Source: Ptychomitrium polyphyllum
Taxonomy: Eukaryota
Direction of reading: 5' to 3'
Assembly: GCA_973851085.1 (NCBI GenBank)
Contig: OZ316776.1
Span: 14,074,001-14,138,000 of the forward strand
Length of the DNA stretch: 64,000 bases
Shown here: positions 40,425 to 52,699 of the stretch, piece after piece
Layout of the letters: each line of letters starts with the position of its first letter
Position numbering within the stretch: the first letter of the stretch is position 1
Notes under the pieces: model-generated
Told to the model about the DNA's origin: nothing
The model's input: the letters and a program-made list of their open reading frames with translations, nothing else
The model's database searches: none
Made by a program: the position numbers and the translations under genes

Positions 40425-43400
40425 ATGGCAGATTCTATGGGAGAGCTGGCAATTAGTGGTGGTACATCTTTTTCTCTTACACGTTCTGATCCACTACCCT
40501 TAGTCGTGCCACCGGAGCCTTTACATGTTCGCCCTCCTCCATACGATCCACTCGAGCATCCACATACTATGACGTTGGGGGATGAACTTGTGTCAAATGG
40601 TGAAGAATCTGAGCAGAATGCGACGGCTATGGAGGCTCTCGCTGACGTGAATAGTCCAGATCCAGGAAATATGGATGAGGATGACGTGCCCTCTGACGGC
40701 GAAGACTCTGATGGTAATGACATGATGGGTGATAGCAAAGCCGAATCATTTGAGCAAAACGCGAATGCCATTAACGGGGAAGATTCACAGAATGCTCTCC
40801 GGGACGAAAGGAGGAGCAAACGGGCCGAGTCTTGGGCACGTGCTAGGTTCGATGCGTGGAGAGCTTTGAATAAGAAATCCACTGCGGAAACGATTGAAGG
40901 TTTGTGTGATCGTGATATGAAGGAATTGGGAGAGCTTGTGGGGCTATTCCTAACTCAAGTGCGTAAACAAAATGGCAAAGAGTATCCTCCTGAGACGTGA
41001 GTAGTGTCTATCTGTCTCTTTCTTTATTACTGTGAGATCCCTTTATTGTGCTCACTGGATGTCCGATGAACTACGGGAGTCTATGAATGCTTTGTTCAGG
41101 AGGTGCCAAACGTGATGTAGTTGAAACATTCTTACCTGTATCATTGTTCTGTAACAGCATTGGAAGTCTTCTCAGGGCCTTGGGCCGAGTCATCCGTGCT
41201 CATCAAGAGGCTCGTATTGCTGAGACACAAGTGCCTGAAGTACCATTCAATATTATGTCAGATGCTAGATTCAAGAAAGCCCGACAAGCTGTGAGCGACA
41301 ATGTAGCTTCAGCTGGTAGGCTTGGTTTGGGAAAGAGACGCAAGCGCATCGATGTCTTAACTTTGCATGATGAAGCGGCGATGCTTGCTCTTTCTACCTA
41401 CAAGGCTACCACTGCAAAAGGCTGCTCCATGCGGTTTGCGTATTTCTGCACCCGAAATTTCTTCATCCGTGGCCCAGCAGAGCTTCACGAACTCACCGAC
41501 ATGGACTTGACTTTGGGAAAGGACCAACATGGCGAATTCTTGCGGTATGATTCTTTTTATCATTTATTTGCGGATACTGAAACATTTCACTTCTTGTAAG
41601 GCAGGACAACACAAGATATTACCGGCATTACCAGATACGTTACTGAAATTCATGGATTCATGCTTCGTTAAATATTAGTTATCTGTAGATAATTTTGTAA
41701 GACTTGGGTAAGTAACCTAATCCAGGAGTTGTAAACCACCCATATAAGGAGTAGCTCCTCCAGAATGTTGTTTTTCTACTTACTTTCTGTGTAGCAGATA
41801 TTCTTGGTCATTCTGAAATTTAACTTGGCTGATTGGTATTACACATGCTCTTTGATATTGTTGCTACAACCTGATTAGTAATTTATTCATACAACGCTAA
41901 TGTGCTTCTACTTGTCTTTGGTGCTCAACATAATTTTGTCGATTATGTTTTGAACAGTTATGAAAAGCGGCCCAAAAGTTGGAATTCAGATAGTCCACAA
42001 AGCCAACCTGAGAAATTCTCTCGTCCTGTGACATGCTACATTGAAGATGTGGTTTCGACGTATAAAATTATGGTAGAACACAAACCGAAATGGGCCGAAG
42101 ACGAACCTCCTCCCCGACCATTTTTTCTAACAGACATTAAAAATCCAACTTCAAGAACTGTGGTAAGTTGAGACTTCGTGGTTTCATCATCATCTAGTCT
42201 TTCGCGTGTGAATCAAAGAGCTTCGTCGTGTGTATTTCTGTGCTACTCTGGGAAGAGATATATTTTTCACAATAACCTTGAGAGATGGCATTATACCTTA
42301 CACAAGCATCCATTTTTCATTCTCATACGTACTCTACCCATGGGGTCAATGCTTGATGACATGTAGACATAATGCAAATACATGTACATGCTTGTCAAAT
42401 ACTGTCAATACTTGACCACTCAGTAACTTTCCAGCTTGTTAATTTTCAACAACACCAGATTAGCGGCTGACGCTGATGTATTGATCGAGAAGAGGTTTGT
42501 TCTTGAACCTTGGGATTCAAATTTGCTTTGTACTAGAACTCAAGGCACTGGTTTTCTTAGATTATGTTGTGCCACTTTGAAATGATCTTGCAGTGGTATA
42601 CTCGGTCACCCGTGGGAGTTAGAACGCTAGCAAGCTGGTTGAGGATGATGACCAAAGAAACTGGTCTTGGAGGGGAATACTACACTAATAAGACGGGGCG
42701 GACTACTGGTCTTGGAAGGTATTTGCTTTTCAAATAGAGAATTTCTGGTTGCACTGCATCTATCAATGTTTTTGACGTTTGTACCATACTGTACACGCTC
42801 GTGGTTGCTATTTGACGGAAATCAAAGCATATAAGATATGAGTTTACAGTAGAATCGTGAATGCTTGATTTGGGTTGATGAGTAATTTTGATGATGCAGG
42901 TTGCAATACGCAGGAGTACCTATTGACCAAGACATGCTCGCAACAGGTCCTCGAGTTGCTGGAACATATGCCAGGTAGAAATTAATGCTCTTTTGTGGCG
43001 CTTGTTTCCCCTTTTCTCACTATTAAATCCCTTTTGCGCACTCCATGTGTTTGTGCACTACTTCCTTGGTACCTTAGTCTAGTTTTGACAAGGTATTGTT
43101 TATTACATCTTATTTGTAGGGACGATCCTGAGTTTGAGGGCATTCGGGAAAGAGCAATGCAGCGGATTGTGTCAGGAGAGGTTGATAAATCAACTGGAAG
43201 ACTTATTGATTGGTCGAAAGCTTTGGCCCTAGAAATGGAGCTGTCCAAGAAGCCACAGGTATCATGTTGGCATATTAGAAAGATTCTATCATCTGGCTAC
43301 TAAGCGGTGTAGGACTTTGTTAATCAGAATCTGTTGCTAAATTCATACATTTAGGAAAAACAATTACATATATATATATAAAGCGTTGGTGGGTTGCTCT

Positions 43401-44595
43401 TTCTAAATTACCACGCTGATTATCTTGAAAATTTTATTGCATATTGTTTGGCGTGTTAATGATATCTTAATAGATATTTCTGAGACCCAAGCTAATTCTT
43501 ATATTCGAATCACTGTTTTGTGTGTTCATTCAGTCTGCAGGCACAAGTATTCAAACAGTGGCAATTCAGTCATACAGTCGGGATCTCTGCACAAATATCT
43601 GTTGTCAAGATGTTGGGTCTGAAGGTTCCGAGCCTACTATGTACAAAGAATCTTTTGTCTGTGACACATGTAAACAAGATACCCACTCCAAGGATTCTTA
43701 TGAACGGCACCGTGCTTTGGTTGAAGAACTAGAAAAAACAAAGGAAAGACTAGTCCACCTCGAGCGGAGGTTGCAGGACAAAGAGTTCGATGGTGCAGGG
43801 GAACCAGAGCACCTTCCTCCACCTTATTCAGATATTGTCTTTGAGACACGAGAAGGTCGCAAGGTCTACGGACACAAAGCTGTCTTGGTTAGTTTATTTC
43901 ATTTATAAATTATCGAGTGACTATCATTATTTGAAGAATATCTGCTTTATTATATCATTATTCTAGGGATATCATTATTTGATTTTAGCGCTGCTCCTGT
44001 CCTGATGAGTCAAGATATTTCTGGTCGTGAATGCCGTGATTAACCACCTGTTCTTACAAATTAATTATGCCACTAATGTTAACAGGCCAGCCAATCGGAG
44101 GTCTTCAAGGCCATGTTCAGCATGCCCATAGTAGATGGATCTCCGTTACAAATGGAAATGGGTTACACAGCATTGGATGCTTTTATTCTCTTTTTCTATA
44201 GAGCCACTGTCAATCACTGCGTTCTCAGGAGCCACTTAGTTGCACTTCTGCAAGCAGCAGACAAATATGGTGTTGGAGCACTGAAGTCGCTTTGTGAACA
44301 AGAAATCCTGCAGTCTCTTAGTCCTACCAAAGTGCTAGTTACCTATGTTGTTGGTTGGAGGCATAACTCTGATGTTGTGAAAGAGGGAGTGATTGACTAT
44401 GCGGCAAAGGAAATAGATGATGTGTCAGCTCTTGAAGGGTACGACACTTTCTCAAAGAAATGCCCAGAGGCAGTTATGGAGCTTTATGACGGGGTAGTGA
44501 AACGGTTAAAGCGTAAAATTCCTTGCCGAGAAGCCTTGTCAACAATTCAAGGTCAGCCAGGTTTGTTGATATCAATATTTGACAATGAAATTTGA
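40425..44595 (+). CDS. Crypton/DUF3504-like (tyrosine-recombinase-derived) domain fused to a Cys-rich, coiled-coil, BTB/POZ module; about 788 aa, possibly longer by 3' splicing
   Basis: Exons 40425-40996, 41158-41544, 41958-42162, 42594-42718, 42900-42974, 43120-43258, 43534-43887, 44086-44595 join in frame (2367 nt, no stops). DUF3504-like motifs: FDAWR, GLFLTQVRKQNGKEYPPETIGSLLRALGR, NIMSDARFKKAR, GLGKRRKRIDVLT, NFFIRGPAELHEL, WYTRSPVG, YTNKTGRTT, TGPR. BTB motifs: YSDIVF, GHKAVLASQSEVFKAMF, FILFFY, LLQAADKYGVGALKSLCEQ. Confidence 0.85.
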
Positions 44596-47500
44596 GTATG
44601 TTCAGATTATGCTGCCATGCGAGTCACACATAATTGTCGTTTTGTGGCTTTTAATCTGATGACAATGAATGTATTCTGCTTGTGCTTTATATGTAAGAAG
44701 GGTTCTAAGCCTCAATTTTATCGTTATCTTGAATCTCTCTTTGATGTTTGGTATTGACCTGATTACAGTAAATCGCTATTTAAAATTTTCACATATTTTC
44801 GTTTGTCGTCCTTGACAAGTATATTACAAGTTTTGTTTTCTAGTTCATGCTTGTGGAGATGTCAAGCTTCCGAGTTCAGGGTTCATATGGACTTGACAAT
44901 CTAAGTCTAAAGATTCATGCTTGTGCTGAAGCAAGTATAATAAATAATAACGAAGTTTCTCGTCTTCACCACTGAGGATGCTATTGATGTGCAATATTTT
45001 TTCAATGACCATTTTCAATGCCAGTCAATGTTACAATGGCCTTTCTAAAATAGGCCGAACATTTTGATCTTGTACATACACTTTTTAAGAGATTTGCGAA
45101 GAGGGCAATTCATATGTATTACAGGGTTCATTGTAGTGGAGATCAATGGTTTAGAATGCGTTGTTGGTATCGTACATGATGACATATTGAAATCTATGAT
45201 GGGAGTGTGCAAGCTTGGTATTGGCAATCTCTATGTGGTTACAGGTGGTCTTGGTTTCAGTATGCCACCTCCTATATGATCGTGTCTCTTGCTGTTTCTA
45301 CTGTCTTTAGCTTCACCAATTATGCACATAGTGGTTAGCTGTGGAACTTGTTGACTGCAACCTTAGAGAGAGATTGGGAGTGGACGACATCGTACATCTC
45401 TCTTTTGGGTCCTAAATTGGGTTATTAGTCGACTTGGAACCTAGCACAGGGCAGCCTACATCAACTAAAGAGTGATTGATGAGGTTTTAGAACTGTACAG
45501 TCTTGCAACTAACTATGTGTATACAGTGCAGGCCATAACTCAATGAAGATTTAGAATATAGCAGATGTTTTTGAATTTTCTAAGTTACACAAGTTCAGAT
45601 GCTTTAGATTTTAATTCCTTTGCTGAAGAGAACAGGATTTCTGTTTGATTGGAGGTTATTAATATGTGTGGTGTGATGGCAGCTGCTGACGAAGCCTGTA
45701 CAGGGGATGATATGGAATTGGAACCTGCTGCTAAGAGATCGAAGGTATGATTTTAGAGCAACCCTTCAATTTTTTCCTCATTTTTCTGGGACACTTGCAA
45801 TTTTTCTCAGAAAGTTATGAACATGTCAGTCTAAAGGATATCAATTTAGAAGGGATGCTTGGTAATGCTATACAGCTTTGCATTTCTTTCTCATAGCTTC
45901 AGTTTTGGGAGCTTCCATGAAGTTGAATTTCCTCTTGTGCTTAGCAAATGCCTGTCATGAAGCAGAGCCTTCAAGGAAGTGAGCCGTGCGAATATGTAGA
46001 CAAAGACATAGACACTCAAGAGCAGGCGTTACCACTTGTCCAGGCGACAAGTAGTGAGTGGTAAGAAGAAGGTGAGCTACTTTTTTTTATATCGACTCCT
46101 GTTTTATCCAGACCTTGTTAAACATTCGCATCATTTCCTATATATATGTATGCTATTTTTTATTTATGATTCTAAGGTTAGGCGCACACTCTTTCTTAGG
46201 AAGAGAACATTTTGCTTTGTTCTTGCATGAGGCTGGAAATGTCCTTTTTGCGTTGATACTAAGACCTTCCTTATACTTCACATTGTGGTGTTGCAAAGGC
46301 CTCTTTTAGCGATCAAGTTCCCTGTGAGAAGGCTGGCACCTGGTGAAGTGAGCATTGCAAATTGTGCAAACTATATATTCCTGGCTTCTCTAGGTGGGTT
46401 TCATTAGGTTGGACTGATCTATTTATTACATCCAGTATGAATTTAGATATTTTCAGTCCTCATACTAGGGGCTAATTTTGGTAGTATTCATCTGTGACAG
46501 AAGTTGTATTAAAATATGTTATACTTTTCCACCAATTGAATTAGTCAGATAGCAATTCATTACATTGATGCTCACGGACTTTTGGTATGTACGAGGGTGA
46601 AGAAATAGACCAGGTAGGTTTTCTAAACCCTCGAATGTAAACTAAATTTTACTCCACCTAATATCAGATGTCATGTAAATTTACGCTGATCATATTTTGT
46701 GGATCATTTAATGAGCTCAACGGTGGTAACATGCTGAATTAAATTCCCTTCTGTCGCATGCATAAAATTCATGCATCCAGTTCAACATTGTACTCTAGCT
46801 GTTTGATTGCTATGCGACAGCGGTGAGCATTGAGCTGCTTCAAGATTGTGAATGGCCGCTTTCTGATGAACATCTTTGCTTCTACTGAGAATTTTTCTCT
46901 TAGATAAGATTTTGTGGATATCGAGCCTGGCGTTTGATGTACAGATTTAGATTCTCTTGTGTTTGGACATTTAATATTCTAGCCGTATGCCTGAATTCTT
47001 CCATGGCCTCCTTGTGATATGTGTCGTCCTATTAGGTTGTATCTTGTGTGTTTCTTTCGCTTGAATATTTCGGTTGTTTAGGTCAGAAATTTGTCGATAT
47101 ACCCAGATCCAATTATCTTTGAGTACGTGGTTTTTGTGATGTGATGCTACATTTTTTTGCTCGAAAAACTCATTTCCAAAACTTTCAACTTTTCATTATG
47201 GTAGGCCATCTCATATATCATACCCTAGTTGGCATATCATAGCTCTAATGCTTTACTGAAGAGGACTAGAACTACTTGGTGGCTGATTAAACAGGAGCGA
47301 CCAGGATTTAGGACCCTGAGAGTGTTTTCTCAGTTGTGCTGTTCCAAATATCATCATCTGGTTTATCCTCTCAGGGGTTGGAGTTTGGAGATCCAGAGTG
47401 CTTCTCTAATGGAACTAAAGTTACCGGTTGTCTCACTCAGCTGGGTCTGTCAGGCCGAGTCTAGTGTTTGACAGAAGTTGTACCAGCCTTGCACCTAGTG

Positions 47501-47679
47501 AACTAACGCTTGCTCGTTGTACTTGTATATGAGTTCCCTTGCGTGTGATGTCCTCACTTTGAACGTCATGCTACAAAAATGTGGGCGATGCAGACGCCAA
47601 GGCAGGAGACGAGTGACGACAATGAGGTCCACTTCATCTCGAATTATTCTCTGAAGGTGATATGCACACTTTATCAATT

Positions 47680-48820
47680 TTACAAGTAGTGTGATGATCC
47701 TTATGGTGATCTGTGAGCTTTGTTTCAGCTTCTTGAAAACGCAATTAGAGATTTTGGCAACAAGGTTTGGGTCATCTCTCAGGAAATCTTTGTAGCCGTA
47801 TGTTTCTGAGACGTCATTGTAAATGTTGGCAACGAAATTTATAATGGCGTGCACAAGACGCTCAGCGCCGCATTTCTTGTCAAGAAGAAAATACTAGAAT
47901 ATGAAGTTAGGGTGGATGGAGGTCACCAGATTCTCTTGGCAAAGATTATGAAGTAAATTGATGCCATGCTTGTGAGAAGCACGAAGCAATTTATCAGCAT
48001 TTACATTCATAATGTCATTTTTTACTAAATCAATGTGGAAGGGATGGACGAATGAATCCAAGCTTGCGTGGTCCATGTCCATTTTCACTATCTGTGGGTT
48101 AACAACTTCTCGTGTGGCCGAGAACATGATTTTTAACGCAACTGATTTACCTATCTGCATCACGGCAGACATAAGTGATTTTGACATTTTAAGAACTGCA
48201 AAAGTTTTTCTTTTGTAGAGAAACATCAGGCACGTTTTTGGTCGAAGAATGAGTGGTTTTATGTGAAGGAGGCGGTCAACTTTTATTTCAGTTTGTACGA
48301 GGCAATACGAAGGGCAAAAGAAAGAGGACTCCGGCGGTTTCTTCGGAGGCATGTGATATACTATAAAGGTTATGGAATATCAAGAGAAGGCTGAAAGCAG
48401 ATTGTAAATGAGTGTTCAATTGGTGCTTACCAGTGGATTTGTGTCCGTGGCCCAGCCTTTCGTCATCTGCCTCTAAGACAATATCTGTATGCGATACGAG
48501 CAGGGTTATAATGAAATTTTGCTTCTCCTGGTCTCGCAGTTCGTCTAGCTCGACATTGAGCACATACAAGGCAGAAACCAGCTTGTCATTTGAGATCATC
48601 AAAGATTTCAAGCTAGCTACCTTCATGCACCTACTACATTCCACAAGCTCCACTGACCTTCTAATCAGGATTTGGCCACAACACGAGGAAATACTGTTTC
48701 CAACACTGTCGTCGCCTTCCGCATCATAATAGGAGGACCTGCTTTTGCATTTGGTGTTATAATGAGGACGTAGAGCTGAGGTGGAAGATGAGGTACAACG
48801 TTTCCAATTTCGTTCTCAAT
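47680..48820 (-). pseudogene. BTB/POZ pseudogene paralogous to the C-terminal half of the 40425-44595 gene
   Basis: CCGQ...CSRC, HTDIVLEADD..GHK, intron 48430-48155 at the equivalent position, IGKSVALKIMF, MDMDHASLDSFV, LLRASHKHGINLLHNLCQE. In-frame TAG at 47896-47894, and the donor falls out of phase (TCC ACT G/gt versus GCT GTC TTG/gt). Confidence 0.75.
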
Positions 48821-50924
48821 GGTTTATTCTTGATGAACTGAATCCATGTTGAGACTACCGTGGCTAAATTTAGTTTTGAAGCTTTGAAAGCTACGGTATC
48901 CAACGTCCCAGTCTCTTTACAACCTAAAAGTGTGCTCGTGGTTTTCTTCCAAGAAACTGCATTGTTGAATTTACAACTACAGTCGCGGTTTTGGCAAGAA
49001 CCATAAATTGTTGGCTGCAGGGAACATGGTTCTGGAGGAGGCCTATGACGTACTTATGGGCCTTGGGCGGCATCGTTGGTTGTTTCTTGAAATCGTGATA
49101 TTTACGAAGGACCGAATGTGAACATAGGCATGAGTAAGGCAAGTTACTCAACGGGTATGACTTTCAAGGGGTGCACGCTACTTTCCAGATTGCGTCTGTT
49201 GGCTGGTCAAAGGTCATCGTTGAGGTGTATCGACCGTATGTTCTAAACCTTTTGCAGTAGTAATGAAATCTTCAGGTATCGTTGTTTTGCACAAAAGCCG
49301 CTGTTATGGAGGTTAGGATTTTGGTTAGCTCTAAGGTCCAGGTACTCAATCGACGACTCGTGATGTTTGCTCAGCCGATCCAATGTAAGACATCCAGAAG
49401 ATGGAGTTCCTACTTTTGCAACTTGTATGAATGATTTCTTGATTTCGCGCTGGCTAATCTTTGAAAGAATACCATGTGCAGATGGGCAGATTCCAGCAAT
49501 AGATTAAGAACTGAGTGAGAGCTGAAGATATTGAACATTATACAGTAGTAAGGACCTCCGTCGTTTTTGTCGCGACCAGGAGGTGAGAAGGTACTTAGAC
49601 GCAAGAGGGTCAGAGTGAATGTTTCAGTTTTGTTACGAGAAGTTAGCCGGTGTAGCGCGTTGGATTGGGGTGGTAGGATCAGCCTTCCGTTTCACTGCAG
49701 TAGCCAAACTGGCAAATTTTAAGGAAGTTTTCTACTTCACTTTGGCCTGGAGCGATCTCTTTCTTCTTCTCTTTCTGGTCACTGTGAAGTCAGTGGACGA
49801 TGTCATCCAGGACCTCGTCGACCTGAAGCGGCAATTTAATCCAGTGTTTCTTTTTCTGTAGCCAACTTGGTAGGATTAAACGTCGATGTGAGGCAAGCAG
49901 TGGCGCAAGTGAATCAAGTCTAGAGGAACTGATATACATGGACCCACTGAGAACGTTAGGTTCCGTTGAACGTCAGTAGAAGTCTAGCATGTGTCAATAG
50001 TGGACTTTTCATGTAAAAGTTATATATTGCTCTTAGCAATGGTGATGGAGAGCTGAAGAAGAGCGCACATGCACTGACTTACTTTGTCTAGACAAGAGTT
50101 TCTTGCTTTAGTACACATTGTGTTCACGATCAACCTCGAAAAGTATTTGGACCCTTATGTTTGCCATGATTTTAATAAGACCTAGGTGAGTTTCTGCAGA
50201 TTGCTTTGCAAGCAACAGAGTTAGACTTGAAATCTGCGTTTTTCAAGTTCTTCATTAGAATTGGCCGTGTCGCTATTCTCGACCTTGTTCTGAAGTCTTG
50301 CAAATCTCATTTAGTAATTGGCCGTCTTCCATTATCGGTCTTAGCGAGGACTTTTCGCCAATGTACTGCGGTACTCTTGTCATTAATCCAGGATGCACGG
50401 GGAATTTTCAGCGTACTAATTCTAATGATGCTCATTAACACTAATTCAGTTCAAGGATCTGTTGTCTCGACTAGTTCAATTCAGAGTTCCACAATGGTGT
50501 TATTACTGCCGTCCAATCGGAACATTTACTACAGCCTATTGTATTACAAAATCCTCTACCTTGCGTACCTATTATCCTCTTGCGGATGTCAGTTATGAAA
50601 ACGGTAAATAAATTATGAAATGCATACAAATGCCATGCCGTCTGAAGGCCGTAATTGGCCATTTAAAGTGAAAGCAAAAAGCTGCAACGAAGCACGATTG
50701 CTTTAGCATGTGAAATCTTCAGAAGTTACATGGTCGACAACATCTTGTGGTTAGCCAATTGAGTATCATCAAAGTTACTACTCTTTGTCATGCCTGTCAG
50801 AAAAAAGATGCCACTTACTTTTGGACACCAACGTGAACCGGCAATAATCTTAACGAGACGACGTCTAAAGCAACTAAATCATTTTGAACTCAACTAGGGG
50901 TAACATCATGTTAGCTGATAGATG

Positions 50925-52322
50925 TCATCTCTTTCCCCTCGAAGCTCCCGGAAATACTCTGCTGCTTTTCTGCAGAAAAAAAGAGGACGTCACGTCGAGA
51001 AACCTACCACAAGTTCTCATAGCTATTGCATCAGTGCTGCACAAATTGTCATAAAGACAAATGCATTTGTCGCTCATAAGCTTAAACATTTCCTTGAGAA
51101 CCCTGGAGAGAGAGAGGAGAGGGGTTTACTGTTCTCGAGGCCAGGAGATTTTTCCTCTTTTGATACTTGTACGCTTTCTCTTCAGCTGCTTGTGCTGCTT
51201 TAAGCTTGCGCATGCTTGGTCGGTACAGCAACAACGTTCTCCCCATCTTCCCCACAATTTGAGCTCCAGTTTTCGCCTCAAGCTGACTCGCAGTATCGCT
51301 AAGCTCTTCATCGAGGTTATCCAGTACCCTAATCTGTGAGAGTTGAAGAGTTCCAGTACACATGGTAAGCAACTGAGTTTTCATTAACAAATAAGCATTG
51401 CACACTAAAATAATTACCATACTTGGGATTTGAGATGATCTGTCGTAACGTGTCCTTTAAAGGACGTAGTTAACTCCATAGTAAGAGTGACAAATGCGTG
51501 AAGAGAGCAAACAGGTTGCTCACAAAAATTGAAGGAGTACTGCCAAAGCGCCCTAGTTCAATTAAAAACCCTCTGAGTTCAGACAGGGTTTAAGAATTTG
51601 CCATAAGCATAAGAGAAGAGGATCACCTTGACAAGCTCATTTGCCTCCAATGCATCACTTATAGCTGCAATAGAATTCGTGGTTAAGCCCCATTTCCCTA
51701 CCTGTAATTCAGCACACGAGGTTAGCAGAGCTAAAGATGTTAAAAATCTTCGCCATGGCACACATGTTTGGAATTGCGCAATCTGAACGTTCACAAAAAT
51801 CTCTCCCATGAAGTCATAGGGATGAATAGCGTATTAACGAGTAGGATAAGGAATTGCGGCAACCGAGGGACTAAAACTGACCTGGTGTATGCAAATGTCA
51901 TTGCCTAATTGATGCATATACGCGCGGAGCTCCTTCTTCTCTTTGTTCCCCAGCAACCTAAATGTCCTCTCTACCTTCGCACCCGTCGAGGCTACACTCT
52001 GCACCAGCTCATTTACTTCAGTCTCGTCATCGTCTTCCTCCAGCCCTAATTCATGCTTATACAAAGATAACCCACCTTCCTCCTCCTCCTCCTCCTCGTC
52101 GTACTCTTCCTCTGCCGCCACCGCAGCCACACCGCGAAAGGCCACATGAGCCACAGCCGGCGTCCACGACCTCGCGGGGAGCCGCTGCGTCAGACATTGA
52201 CTACGAAATATCTCAGCATGATGCGCACAGAGTTGGACGTACTGCGAGGAACAAAGATACGAGGAAGACGAAGAGGGTGTGAGCAAGCACGAGAAACTGC
52301 GATGCTGCAACGAGGCTGCCAT
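50925..52322 (-). CDS. Chloroplast single-CRM-domain (YhbY-like) RNA-binding protein
   Basis: Exons 52322-51882, 51701-51627, 51333-51130, 50969-50925. Ser-rich transit-peptide-like N-terminus, acidic tract, then CRM motifs LGNKEKKELRAYMHQL, QVGKWGLT, DALEANELVKIRVL, GAQIVGKMGRTLLLYRPS. Confidence 0.88.
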
Positions 52323-52699
52323 TGACCCCGCCAACGCTGCACTGCAGAACTGGTAATCTCGCACGTGAATGGTTCCAGCGCGGGCCCTAAATCGTAAGAC
52401 CTTGGTTGAACAGCTTCGAACGCTGCCAACGCTGCCAACGCTGCAGACGCAACAGATCCCGACGCGAACCTATCAACCCCACGACAAGCTCTGCATCTCC
52501 AAAGCACCGAATTCCCTCGAATGCTGCCTTCTTGTGTCGCCAACTCGGGATGCGTCCCGGGCACGGTTATGGGTCAACGCAGGTGCCTACATCCCCCGCT
52601 CCAACACCGCGTAAGCCGCCCCCTCTACTCGTGCGCCGATACGTAACAAATCTTTATGTGACCATGTTGATGAAGAAGTCTAGATATCAACAACCATGT

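Noticed and set aside
40425..43258. An active, autonomous Crypton transposon
   Set aside because: Apparent His-to-Pro and Tyr-to-Asp changes, in-frame fusion to a host-type BTB module, and no element termini recognised. Introns alone would not exclude it, since some Cryptons have introns.
48900..50600. Upstream exons of the BTB pseudogene or a separate gene
   Set aside because: Short open frames only; no recognisable motifs or consistent splice model.
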